Shown: piece after piece, positions 18,683-27,333 of the stretch | Layout: every line of letters starts with the position of its first letter | How positions within the stretch are numbered: the first letter of the stretch is position 1 | Source of the DNA: Occultella glacieicola | Lineage (GTDB): Bacteria > Actinomycetota > Actinomycetes > Actinomycetales > Beutenbergiaceae | Direction: 5' to 3' | Assembly: GCF_004353825.1 (NCBI RefSeq) | Contig: NZ_SMNA01000020.1 | Span: 1 to 41,592, forward strand | DNA length: 41,592 nt | The notes under the pieces: model-generated | Seen by the model: only the letters and a program-made list of their open reading frames with translations | The model's database searches: none | What the model was told of the DNA's origin: nothing | Made by a program: the position numbers and the translations under genes

Positions 18683-20052
18683 AGTCCACCTGCCACAGCA
18701 GCTCCGGCACGTAGCCACGCGCGTCTTGTGGCGGGTTGGAGTGCGTCGAAGTGCAGGGCCGACTCGACCATCGCCCGGTCGTAGGGGATGGTCACGACCT
18801 CGCGCACCCACTCGCCAAAGCCCTTGGCGATCTGCCCGGCCGTGGGGTTGGTGTCCTTCTCCCGAGCTTGTGAGACAACGACGACGGCGCTTTGGGCGAG
18901 TTGGGCGGCTCGGCCACCGCGTTGGTACAACTCCTCGAGGAGGAGGGCACCGGCTTCGGCGTGCTCGTTCTGAGCGACGGTAGCGACCACCAACTGGTCT
19001 GCCTTGTTGATCATGCGCAGCCAATGCCCTGCCGACTCATCGTTGCCCGAGTCGACGAAGACGAGCCGGTAGTACCGGCCGGCGACGTCATGGACCGCGT
19101 CGACGTCCTCAGCGCTGATCCGTTGGTCTGCGGAGATCAGGTTCGGGTTCGAACGGAGCACGTCGTACTTGTCGGCCGGCTGGTGGTGCACGTAGTGGGA
19201 GATGTCGCCGGCCTTCGCACCTGGGGCGAGGAGCCTGCCCGCCTGAGGCAGCAGGTCCAGGATGGTGGCGGTGTGAGAGCCCTGGTCGGTGCGCCATCCC
19301 AACGTCCCGCGGGTCTCGTTGTTGTCCCACGCCAGCGTCGCGGCGCCGGAGTTGCGGGCGAACACGGCCGACAGCAGTGCTGTCGTGGGGGTCTTGTTCG
19401 CCCCGCCCTTGCCGTTCACCACGGCGATCGTGCGAACACCTGGCCAGTGCTGGGACACCGCTTCCACGTCGGCGCGGTAGGCACGCTCGGCCGCGCTCGG
19501 AGACGTGCGAACCCCGACGCGGGTCAGGAACCCGCGCAGGCCGGTGGCCGCGGGTGCTTCGACCTGCTCCGTGGTCAGGAATGAGGCGCGCAGCTCACGT
19601 CGCGACGGCGGCGCCACCGGCGCGCTCGGCGTCACGACAGCCGTCGCGGAGAAAGCGTGGGGGGCGGCAAAGCCAGCTGTCACCGGCGCCTCAGGTGCGA
19701 AGGGAGGGGGTTCCGCGGGAGGAGCGGGTGCAGCGGCCGCAGGAGGCCCGAGGGCGGGCTCGTGTGCTGGCGTGGTGTGCTGTTCGGTGATCGACCCGTC
19801 CGGATGGATCACGAGGTCAAAGCGCCCTTCGGGGTCGGTCACGGTCGCACGGACCGCGCGGCCGAGTGTCTCGCCGGCTCGGTAGGCGACGTAGGCCGAG
19901 ACTGCCTCCCGGGCGCCGGGAATGGTCTCGGCGGTGAGGACGTGTGAGACCCCGTTGAACACGACCTCAGCGGAGGCGTCCGGTCGCACCGTGGCAGTGA
20001 CCGCGGGAAACGCCGGTGGGAGTTCAGTCATCGGTTCCGCTTCTTTCTTCAT
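18679..20052 (-). CDS. MinD/ParA-family ATPase of the tra operon
   Basis: Deviant Walker A NGKGGANKT and VDSGN. The start may be 20031. Confidence 0.85.
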   Translation of the reverse strand: MKKEAEPMTELPPAFPAVTATVRPDASAEVVFNGVSHVLTAETIPGAREAVSAYVAYRAGETLGRAVRATVTDPEGRFDLVIHPDGSITEQHTTPAHEPALGPPAAAAPAPPAEPPPFAPEAPVTAGFAAPHAFSATAVVTPSAPVAPPSRRELRASFLTTEQVEAPAATGLRGFLTRVGVRTSPSAAERAYRADVEAVSQHWPGVRTIAVVNGKGGANKTPTTALLSAVFARNSGAATLAWDNNETRGTLGWRTDQGSHTATILDLLPQAGRLLAPGAKAGDISHYVHHQPADKYDVLRSNPNLISADQRISAEDVDAVHDVAGRYYRLVFVDSGNDESAGHWLRMINKADQLVVATVAQNEHAEAGALLLEELYQRGGRAAQLAQSAVVVVSQAREKDTNPTAGQIAKGFGEWVREVVTIPYDRAMVESALHFDALQPATRRAWLRAGAAVAGGL

Positions 20053-21227
20053 CAGGGCATCGCGATGCCGACGGTGGGCAGGTAGTTCATGGGGTCGACG
20101 TCGTCGCCGTCGATCCATATCTCGAAGTGCAGGTGCGCGCCGGTGGACTGGCCGTTGGAGCCGACGGCGGCGATGTGGTCCCCGGCGCTGACGGTCTGGC
20201 CGACCTGGGCGAAGACACCGTCGGGGTACATGTGCACGTACAGGCTCATGATCCGGCGCCCGGAGGCGTCGAGTCCGTGGTCGATCTGCACGTTGCACGG
20301 GGAGCGGCCTTCCCACCGGTCACAGGAGACGTGCACGACCACACCATCGGTGGCGGCGTAGATCGGCGTGCCGGCTGGGGCGGCGAAGTCGCTGCCCGCG
20401 TGTTCGGTGAAGGCCCCGGTCACGGGGTTGATGCGCATGCCGTACTCGGAGCTGTAGGAAGCGCCCGCGACGGGCTTGACCCAGCCTCCGGCCGAGACGG
20501 TGCCGGGGTACTGACCGCACTCGCCGCGAGTGACCTCGACGTCGACCAGGGCCGCGACCACGTCCAGGGCCGGCTGCCAGTCCTCGGTGTAGGCATCGGG
20601 AAATGCCGAGCGCTGGACCGTCTGCGCCGCAACCGCAGGAAGCATGTTCTCCCACCCCGGTACCGCCACCAGGGCGTCGAGGAACCGGCCCGCGGTGTAC
20701 GTGGGGTTGAGAAGATTCTGGATCTGCTCTGCCGGCTCACCATCGCCGCCCCACCCCTGAGATGGGCGACCCTGGAACAGGCCGACCGAGTCCCAGTCGC
20801 CGTCAGCCACGCCATCGTTGGGATAGTCCACCGACAGAATCGCGACCGAGCGCTGCGCGGCCCAATCCCCCGTCCACGAGGCCGGCGGGGTGTAAGTCCC
20901 AGCATTCGCCAGGTTCAGCAGGGTCGACTCCCGCATCGCCGTCATGACCGCGATCGCGGCCGCGCGCTCACTGAGGCCACGCGAGGCGGCCACGTCAATG
21001 ATGATCGCGGCGTTCTCGAGCTGGCGACCCGAGTAGCCGGCAACCTCACCAGGCAACGCCGAGGTGTCGACCAGTGTGATCTGTCCCGACAGATCGCACG
21101 AACCCGCCGCCGCCGCTGCATCAGATGAGTCCTCATCGAGGATCACCACGACCAGGAGCAGGCCGAAGATCAGTGCCAGAGGTGCGGCGATGATCGCGGC
21201 AAGGCCAACCCCGGCGCCGCGATTCAC
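20052..21227 (-). CDS. Cell-wall hydrolase: lysozyme-like domain plus M23 peptidase
   Basis: TAMRES...DSVGLFQ...VQRSAFP, then HAGSD, YVHM and STGAHLHFE. Confidence 0.9.
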   Translation of the reverse strand: MNRGAGVGLAAIIAAPLALIFGLLLVVVILDEDSSDAAAAAGSCDLSGQITLVDTSALPGEVAGYSGRQLENAAIIIDVAASRGLSERAAAIAVMTAMRESTLLNLANAGTYTPPASWTGDWAAQRSVAILSVDYPNDGVADGDWDSVGLFQGRPSQGWGGDGEPAEQIQNLLNPTYTAGRFLDALVAVPGWENMLPAVAAQTVQRSAFPDAYTEDWQPALDVVAALVDVEVTRGECGQYPGTVSAGGWVKPVAGASYSSEYGMRINPVTGAFTEHAGSDFAAPAGTPIYAATDGVVVHVSCDRWEGRSPCNVQIDHGLDASGRRIMSLYVHMYPDGVFAQVGQTVSAGDHIAAVGSNGQSTGAHLHFEIWIDGDDVDPMNYLPTVGIAMP

Positions 21228-21781
21228 GAGATCTCCTCGATCCGTTCCACCAGCCACGGGCCATCCGCAGCGGTGCGACTCAGCAGGACCCGCAGCACCC
21301 CGGCGTCGGTCGGTACCTGCACCCACGCCAGGTAGGGCGTCTCCTCGCCTTCCAGGACCGGGTCGCCGGTCACCGCTGATGCGGTGAGATTCGCCGGGTC
21401 GACCGTTCCGTAGGTGCCGCGGGCCATGTCAGTCAGGAACGGGGAGAACCCCTCCCACCACGCCGCATAGTCCAGATCGGGTCGCGCGAACGCGGCCACC
21501 GCAGCTGACGCTGTTTGCCCGGCTGAGATCCTCGCGGCCTCATCCCACACCGGGGGTTCTGGATCCGTCGGGGCCGTCTCCAGATCCGCGTCATTGGCCC
21601 CCGGAACCGTCTGCGCTTGGGCTGAGGAAGGGCTCGAGCCAGCAGGCGTCTGCGAGGAAGGCTCTGGTGCTGGATCGCCCTGCCGGGCGCACCCAGCGAG
21701 AGCCACCGCTACCAGCAAAACGACAGCGGCAGTCCTCGCCCGCACTGACCGCCGGCCACTGCACCCGGCCACTCCGCCCAT
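21224..21781 (-). CDS. Lipoprotein, first gene of the tra operon
   Basis: Lipobox LAGC after a hydrophobic stretch; coupled to the M23 gene. The start may be 21745. Confidence 0.75.
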   Translation of the reverse strand: MGGVAGCSGRRSVRARTAAVVLLVAVALAGCARQGDPAPEPSSQTPAGSSPSSAQAQTVPGANDADLETAPTDPEPPVWDEAARISAGQTASAAVAAFARPDLDYAAWWEGFSPFLTDMARGTYGTVDPANLTASAVTGDPVLEGEETPYLAWVQVPTDAGVLRVLLSRTAADGPWLVERIEEIS

Positions 21782-21907
21782 GACAACCCCCCGGCCCCGT
21801 CGTCGCATACAACCACACCGCCGCGACACCCCACAGTGGCGGGCATTTGCGTCTCGGGCGCCGTGCGCGTACCGAGTGATCAAGGTGAGCCTCCCTGGTA
21901 GGTGCGA

Positions 21908-22111
21908 GGTGATCGTTCTGCCCCCGTCACTTCCGATAGCCGGAGGCAGCCAGCGGGTCCGAGGGCCCTGTCCAGGGTCGAGCGGAGCTCGATCACGCAG
22001 TGACGCCGCAGGCGCCCTTGACTGGGCCCTCGGACCCGTTGAACCCTCAAAGGCCGGATGACGGGGGCAAAGCCCCCGGGACAACACAGCACCGGCCCAC
22101 AGGGCCGGTAC
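21908..22111 (-). promoter_or_regulatory. Frpo/ssi-like ssDNA hairpin element, copy D (inverted), upstream of the tra operon
   Basis: Reverse complement of 25403..25607 with 2 substitutions and 1 indel. Confidence 0.8.
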
Positions 22112-22154
22112 CGCCGTCTCCCCCGTCCCATCCATGTCGGCCACCCCCAGAACC

Positions 22155-22212
22155 CTGAAACACAATCAGTGTGTTTCAGACAGTACCCCAACGAAGCACA
22201 TTAAGTGTGTTT
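22155..22212. promoter_or_regulatory. Two palindromic operators AAACACA-N5-TGTGTTT
   Basis: ctgaaacaca-atcag-tgtgtttcag (22155-22179, perfect) and aagcaca-ttaag-tgtgttt (22194-22212), between the divergent tra operon and the ArsR-like gene. Confidence 0.65.
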
Positions 22213-22270
22213 AGATGAGGTGAGGCGGGATGCCAGGACTGTCAGAGGCCGACTCGGGCAAGATGGGCAC

Positions 22271-22600
22271 GTGCCTGCCTACGTCCAACCGCCGCTGCCG
22301 GAGACCGTGGAGATGGCCATTGAAGCGTTCGGGAACCGCGTGCGAGTGGCGATCCTTGCCCATCTCGCCAAGACCGACGCGGCAACCAGCCGAGAGATCG
22401 CCGATGCCCTCGACCTCTCCATCCGGCCGGCACAACGGCACGTGTGGTACCTCGAGGAGATCGGGCTGGTCGACGTCGACCAGCCGGGCGGTGACCGCCG
22501 CGGGACGCGGCCGCGGTACTCACTCAACCGGCGCGCGGCGACACGGCTCTACGAGGAGCTTGGGCAGTACATCGGGCTCAGCGAACCCCCACAGCGCTGA
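22271..22600 (+). CDS. ArsR/SmtB-like winged-HTH transcriptional regulator
   Basis: FGNRVRVAILAHL...SREIADALDLS...HVWYLEEIGLV...RYSLN. Confidence 0.85.
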   Translation: MPAYVQPPLPETVEMAIEAFGNRVRVAILAHLAKTDAATSREIADALDLSIRPAQRHVWYLEEIGLVDVDQPGGDRRGTRPRYSLNRRAATRLYEELGQYIGLSEPPQR

Positions 22601-22685
22601 CGCGCGGATTAGAGCGCGCATAGGGCGACACGCCGCCAGTCTGCGCCTCCCGCGACGTAACAGTTTGATTCGCCAGGATGTACCC

Positions 22686-22928
22686 ATGGTGCGCAAACGA
22701 CATGGCGGCGGGCAGCCGCACAAGGGTGATCGTCGCCTCCTGGCCGCTCGAGTGCCGCGGTCCCAGGCGGATGAGGTCGAGAGACGAGCCGATGCGCTCG
22801 GACTCTCCATCAGCGAGTACATCGCGAGCGTCCTGGTCCAGCACGTGGCCACCACGGACTCCCCTGCCAACGCGCAGGGCGAACTACTGACGATCCGAGA
22901 GGAGATGCGCCTGAACCAAAGCGCATAA
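22686..22928 (+). CDS. CopG/RHH-family DNA-binding protein upstream of rep
   Basis: KGDRRLLAARVP...ADALGLSISEYIASVL ribbon-helix-helix pattern. Confidence 0.78.
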   Translation: MVRKRHGGGQPHKGDRRLLAARVPRSQADEVERRADALGLSISEYIASVLVQHVATTDSPANAQGELLTIREEMRLNQSA

Positions 22929-22945
22929 CTCCACACAAAAGCGAA

Positions 22946-22967
22946 GGCCGGCCCTTACGGGCCGGCC
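22946..22967. terminator. GC hairpin; the U-rich tail is on the minus strand
   Basis: ggccggccc-ttac-gggccggcc, preceded by caaaagcgaa. Confidence 0.5.
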
Positions 22968-23053
22968 CGGTATCCGAAGCTATTCACCCTCTTTGCTTGG
23001 CGGCGGGGCGGTGAGTAGCTCAGACCGACACACCCTGAGGCGTGTCCTAACGC

Positions 23054-24334
23054 TTGGAGCACACCATACCTCCCGCGTCAGCATCCCCGCTAGTTTCCGG
23101 CGACCCCACGCGCCCGCGTGTCGCGGCGCCCTCGCGGCGCCGGCGAACAAGCCGACTCCGCGAGCGTGCACCGTTGGCGATCGCTACAGCCGTGCCCCAC
23201 GGCTCGCACAGACTGCGCCGCCTCAGCCAGTTTGTGGCCCTCGTCGACCAACGGGCCGACGAGGCCAACGTGCGCGTCGACCGCGCCCAGACGCTCCACC
23301 GAGTCGCCCTGGCGCTCCTCGAACGTGCCCGCGCCGACGGCACGTCAATGCCGACCTGGGCACACCTACAGGCTCGAGCCGGCCGCTCCCGAGCGACCGT
23401 AGCTCGAGCCCTCGCCACACTCGAGGCCTGGGGCCTACTAGGCGTCGTCTCCACCGGACGACGCGGCGTATGCGCACCCGGAGGATCCCTGAGCCGCCGC
23501 AAGGTCCCCGCCCGCGCAGTCCCAGCCATGAACGGACCCAACGACCCCCGCAACGAGGCCGCGGTCTACGTCCTCTGCGAGGTCTCACCCCTGCACCTGG
23601 TCACCGACGACGACCAGGTCAACCCGCACCCGCCCCACCTGCCTGTGAATACAAATGAGACCCCTCCCCCGGTAGGGGTTGGTCTTGCCCCCCGCACACA
23701 CGCGCGCGAAGACTCTCGAACCCAAACGGAGCCGCTCCGCGGCACCGACCCTCTGGCCGCTCCGCGGCCGCCACAGCGAGCCGCTTGGCGACACGTCCCA
23801 CTGTGGCCAAGCTCCGTAACGCCAAGCGGCAAGGACAACATGCTGCGCGCTGCCGCCGAGCTGCAACGCCGCCTCCCGGCGTTACGCACCATCACCGACC
23901 GCCACATCCGCTCCATCCTGCGCGAATTCTTCCTCGCCGGCTGGACCGTCGGAGACGTCATCCTCGCCATCGACCAACGCCCCAACAACGCACACTGGCA
24001 CCACGACGGCGCCACCGGAGTCGGCAACACCGGCGCCTGGCTCACCCACCGACTACGCCCCTGGCGCACCACCGACGGCGTCGTGCGAGTCTCCCCCAGC
24101 CAACGCGCCGCAGCCACACACGCGGAGAACCGCGCCAGGCAGGCAGCTCGGCGCCAAGCCGAAGCAAACGACCGGGCACTACGTCACGCAGACGGCCGGC
24201 ACGACCAGGCCCGAGACCGAGTCAAGGCCTGGTGGGACGCCTTCCGAACCGGACGCACCAACGCCCGCTCCCCCGAGGAATACCTCGACGCTGAACAACA
24301 AACCGAAGGCTGCGGCGATGCGCAACAGAACTGA
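23054..24334 (+). CDS. Putative plasmid replication initiator (HTH-containing Rep)
   Basis: PTWAHLQARAGRSRATVARALATLEAWGLLGVV HTH, NEAAVYVL and FFLAGWT...AID; follows the RHH gene. Start codon uncertain. Confidence 0.65.
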   Translation: MEHTIPPASASPLVSGDPTRPRVAAPSRRRRTSRLRERAPLAIATAVPHGSHRLRRLSQFVALVDQRADEANVRVDRAQTLHRVALALLERARADGTSMPTWAHLQARAGRSRATVARALATLEAWGLLGVVSTGRRGVCAPGGSLSRRKVPARAVPAMNGPNDPRNEAAVYVLCEVSPLHLVTDDDQVNPHPPHLPVNTNETPPPVGVGLAPRTHAREDSRTQTEPLRGTDPLAAPRPPQRAAWRHVPLWPSSVTPSGKDNMLRAAAELQRRLPALRTITDRHIRSILREFFLAGWTVGDVILAIDQRPNNAHWHHDGATGVGNTGAWLTHRLRPWRTTDGVVRVSPSQRAAATHAENRARQAARRQAEANDRALRHADGRHDQARDRVKAWWDAFRTGRTNARSPEEYLDAEQQTEGCGDAQQN

Positions 24335-24338
24335 TACC

Positions 24339-24605
24339 TCACGCCCGCTCGACCGCGTTCGCCCACACCCACACCTCCTCGGTCCGGTCGTGCTCATCGA
24401 CCAGGCGCACCCGCACCGCCCGAGGCGTCCACGCCGTCGCCAGGCCATCAGTGCGCACCACACCCACGCGGGGCCGGCTCACCCAGACCTGCACCGCGAT
24501 CGGAGCCCGAGGCTCGGTCATAGGCCCCCCAAGCGCCCCCATCGGAAGCGACTCAGCCGCAGCCCGCAGCGGCACCCGCTCCGGATGCCTACCCTCCCCA
24601 GTCAT
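24339..24605 (-). CDS. Small hypothetical beta-rich protein, probably leaderless and SOS-controlled
   Basis: ATAWTPRAVRVR...VWVWANAVER; TAGACT -10 box 6 nt before the ATG. Confidence 0.7.
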   Translation of the reverse strand: MTGEGRHPERVPLRAAAESLPMGALGGPMTEPRAPIAVQVWVSRPRVGVVRTDGLATAWTPRAVRVRLVDEHDRTEEVWVWANAVERA

Positions 24606-24615
24606 CCAACAAGTC

Positions 24616-24631
24616 TAGAACATCCGTTCGT
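24616..24631 (-). promoter_or_regulatory. LexA (SOS) box
   Basis: Minus strand ACGAAC-GGAT-GTTCTA versus the actinobacterial consensus TCGAAC-N4-GTTCGA; it overlaps the edge of the -10. Confidence 0.7.
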
Positions 24632-24729
24632 GCGACCGGTCCGAATCAGCATTCTCCCCCCGCCGCTCAACCGGCAACTATCCACAGACCATCACCAGGG
24701 CATGGCGCCCCCTGGCGCCACGGACCAAG

Positions 24730-25224
24730 ATGGATCGCGTGGAAACAAACCACCGGCCACCCGCCGAACCTCAAGGACGAGGCAAGTCGTGCGCCGTGAT
24801 CGACTGCGACCGCAAACTCTTCGCCCGAGGCCTATGCCAAATGCACTGGCAACGCACCCGCCGCGGCCGCCCGCTCCTCGCCCCCGTCCAGATGCACCAC
24901 GCCGGCGAGATCCAGGAATGCACCATCTGCGGCGCCCAATGGTGCCGAATGCCCGCCAACACCTCCACCAGACGCACCTGCTCGAGCACCTGCCGCGCCC
25001 AGCTCATCTCCCAGAAAGCCCAGCAGCGAAGCGACACCAGCAGGGACACCGCGATCCTCGAGCTCGCCCGCCAAGGAATCCCCTACCCAGTCATCAGTGC
25101 GCAATACGACATCGGCGCCGCGCGAGTCCGACAGATCGCCACCGCCGCGGGGATCAGGCGATACCAAGAACGACAACAAGACGACGAACGCGGGGACCAC
25201 ACGGAACACCCGCAACACCAGTAA
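24730..25224 (+). CDS. Zinc-finger plus HTH hypothetical regulator
   Basis: C-x4-C...C-x2-H and CxxC...CSxxC, then RDTAILELARQGIPYPVISAQYDIGAARVRQI (HTH). Confidence 0.72.
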   Translation: MDRVETNHRPPAEPQGRGKSCAVIDCDRKLFARGLCQMHWQRTRRGRPLLAPVQMHHAGEIQECTICGAQWCRMPANTSTRRTCSSTCRAQLISQKAQQRSDTSRDTAILELARQGIPYPVISAQYDIGAARVRQIATAAGIRRYQERQQDDERGDHTEHPQHQ

Positions 25225-25252
25225 TGCACGCAACACACGCAACGAAGCGAAC
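25199..25252 (+). repeat. 9-bp phased repeat array (consensus about RCACGCAAC), 6 units
   Basis: acacggaac|acccgcaac|accagtaat|gcacgcaac|acacgcaac|gaagcgaac. Confidence 0.7.
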
Positions 25253-25402
25253 GGCAGAAGCGGAAGCATCATCAACGCGACGTCGCGGCTCCCGCGGCCA
25301 GGCGAACTACGCGCACAGCCGCCATAGGCGCCAGCGTCTGCGCACTCCGACCCAAGCCCCGTAGCCGGTCACCAAGGCGCGATCGAACCCGAAACCCGAG
25401 TA

Positions 25403-25607
25403 GTACCGGCCCTGTGGGCCGGTGCTGTGTTGTCCCGGGGGCTTTGCCCCCCGTCATCCGGCCTTTGAGGGTTCAACGGGTCCGAGGGCCCAGTCAAGGG
25501 CGCCTGCGGCGTCACTGCGTGATCGAGCTCCGCTCGACCCTGGACAGCACCCTCGGACCCGCTGGCTGCCTCCGGCTATCGGAAGTGACGGGGGCAGAAC
25601 GATCACC
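25403..25607 (+). promoter_or_regulatory. Frpo/ssi-like ssDNA hairpin element, copy A, upstream of the ParB-like gene
   Basis: Nested stems ccccgtca/tgacgggg, cgggtccgaggg/ccctcggacccg and gtcaaggg/ccctggac enclose three small hairpins. Confidence 0.8.
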
Positions 25608-25618
25608 CCAAAGCAGTT

Positions 25619-25645
25619 ACGCGCAACGCACGCAACACACACAAC
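25619..25645 (+). repeat. 9-bp repeat array (3 units) immediately before the RBS
   Basis: acgcgcaac|gcacgcaac|acacacaac|aggagg. Confidence 0.75.
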
Positions 25646-25655
25646 AGGAGGAACC

Positions 25656-26996
25656 ATGACCGACACCGGAACCCTCACCCACGTGGCCCCGGCCACGCTC
25701 ACCATCGAGACGAACGTCCGCAGCGACGCCGACCTCGACAAAGCATTCGTGGACTCGATCCGCCAGCACGGCGTGCTGACACCCATCATCGCGATCGCCC
25801 ACGAGGACGGAACCCTGCACGTGCGCGCAGGACAACGCCGGACCCTCGCAGCCATCGAGGCAGGCCTCGACACCATCCCCGCCTACATCGTCCCCGCAGG
25901 CGACGACGCAGACCGGCTCGTCGAGCAGATCGTCGAGAACGACCAACGACGCACGCTCAGCGACGCAGACCGCACCGCAGCCTGGGAACAACTCGCAGTA
26001 CTCGGACTCAGCGCCGCGCAGATCGCAAAGCGAACCGGACACGGCCGCAAAGACGTCCAAACCGGCCTCACCGTCGCCGAGAGCGCCGCAGCCAAGCACG
26101 CACTCGCCACCCATGACCTGACCCTCGCCCAGGCCGCCGTCCTAGCCGAGTTCGAGGACGACACCGACACCCTCGAGGCCCTGACCAACATCGCCATCAC
26201 CGAACCCGGGCAGTTCGACCACACAGCCCAACGCGCCCGCGACGACCGCGACGCGCAAGCGGCCGCGCAAGCCGAAACGGCCAGGCTCACCGAGGCAGGC
26301 GTCACCCTCCTCACCGAACGCCCCGCCTGGGACTCCGAGTTGAAGGACCTCAGCGGCTACCGCCCCGCAAAGAGCGAATACGGAGCAGCGATCGACCCGG
26401 CCGACTACTACGACAACCCCGACCTACGCGCCCACGTGCGAGCAGGATGGCGCGGCGAGGTCGAAGTCACCTACTACCTGCCCACGCCCAAGAAGCACGG
26501 CCTCATCGACCGGCACGCCACCTCCAACGCGAGCACCACCGGGCCGATGACCGAGGAACAGAAGGCCGAACGTCGCGAACTCATCGCCAACAACAAGGCC
26601 TGGAAATCCGCCGAAACCGTCCGGCGCGAGTGGCTCACCACGTTCGCCACCCGCAAGACCAGCCCCAAGGACGCAGCCCAGTTCGTGGCCAACAGCCTCG
26701 TCAGCAACAACTACGCGCTCGACAAGGCTGCAACCCAAGGCCACCGACTCGCCCGCCAGCTGCTCGGCCTGGCCGAGTCCACCGGATACGGCGACCGGAG
26801 CCTCAACGACACCATCGCCAAGGCCTCCCCCGCCAGAGCCGCGCACATCACCCTCGTCCTGGTGCTCGCCGCCATCGAGGACAACACCGGAGTACACACC
26901 TGGCGCAACGCCACCGACACCGACTACTTCGCCGCACTCACCCGCTGGGGCTACACCCTCAGCGACGTCGAGCAACTCACCCAACAACCCCACTGA
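25656..26996 (+). CDS. ParB N-terminal-domain protein (ParB/RepB/Spo0J-like, long form)
   Basis: NVR, SIRQHGVLTPI, AGQRRTLAA, VENDQR and an HTH; AGGAGG RBS. Confidence 0.9.
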   Translation: MTDTGTLTHVAPATLTIETNVRSDADLDKAFVDSIRQHGVLTPIIAIAHEDGTLHVRAGQRRTLAAIEAGLDTIPAYIVPAGDDADRLVEQIVENDQRRTLSDADRTAAWEQLAVLGLSAAQIAKRTGHGRKDVQTGLTVAESAAAKHALATHDLTLAQAAVLAEFEDDTDTLEALTNIAITEPGQFDHTAQRARDDRDAQAAAQAETARLTEAGVTLLTERPAWDSELKDLSGYRPAKSEYGAAIDPADYYDNPDLRAHVRAGWRGEVEVTYYLPTPKKHGLIDRHATSNASTTGPMTEEQKAERRELIANNKAWKSAETVRREWLTTFATRKTSPKDAAQFVANSLVSNNYALDKAATQGHRLARQLLGLAESTGYGDRSLNDTIAKASPARAAHITLVLVLAAIEDNTGVHTWRNATDTDYFAALTRWGYTLSDVEQLTQQPH

Positions 26997-27004
26997 CACG
27001 CGCA

Positions 27005-27031
27005 GGTGACCGGCCCGACGGGCCGGTCACC
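27005..27031 (+). terminator. Hairpin after the ParB-like gene
   Basis: ggtgaccggccc-gac-gggccggtcacc. Confidence 0.6.
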
Positions 27032-27077
27032 CCGCCCCATCGGCGGCCGGCTGGCGCCGGCCCGGGCCAAGCGCGGA

Positions 27078-27265
27078 ACCGGCCCGTGGGCCGGTGCTGT
27101 GCTGTGCCGGCGGCTACGCCCCCGTCATCCGGCCTCTGACCATCCAACGCGTCACCCGCACGGTCAAGGGCGCCTACGGCGTCACTGGCGTGATCGAGCT
27201 CCGCTCGACCCTGGACAGTGCGGCCGCCACGACGGCTGCCTCCGGCTATCGGAAGTGACGGGGGG
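27078..27265 (+). promoter_or_regulatory. Frpo/ssi-like ssDNA hairpin element, copy B, upstream of ardC
   Basis: Same core with a compensatory stem (ccgcac/gtgcgg). Confidence 0.8.
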
Positions 27266-27286
27266 AACGCGATAACCCAACCAGTT

Positions 27287-27322
27287 ACGCGCAACACACG
27301 TAACGCCCGCAACGTACGCAAT
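27287..27322 (+). repeat. 9-bp repeat array (4 units) before the ardC RBS
   Basis: acgcgcaac|acacgtaac|gcccgcaac|gtacgcaat. Confidence 0.75.
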
Positions 27323-27333
27323 CCGGAGGAACC

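Noticed and set aside
25403..25607. Element as a tRNA or riboswitch (cloverleaf-like three hairpins)
   Set aside because: The loops are 3 nt with no anticodon or T-loop motifs, and they read as DNA-stable GNA only on the template strand.
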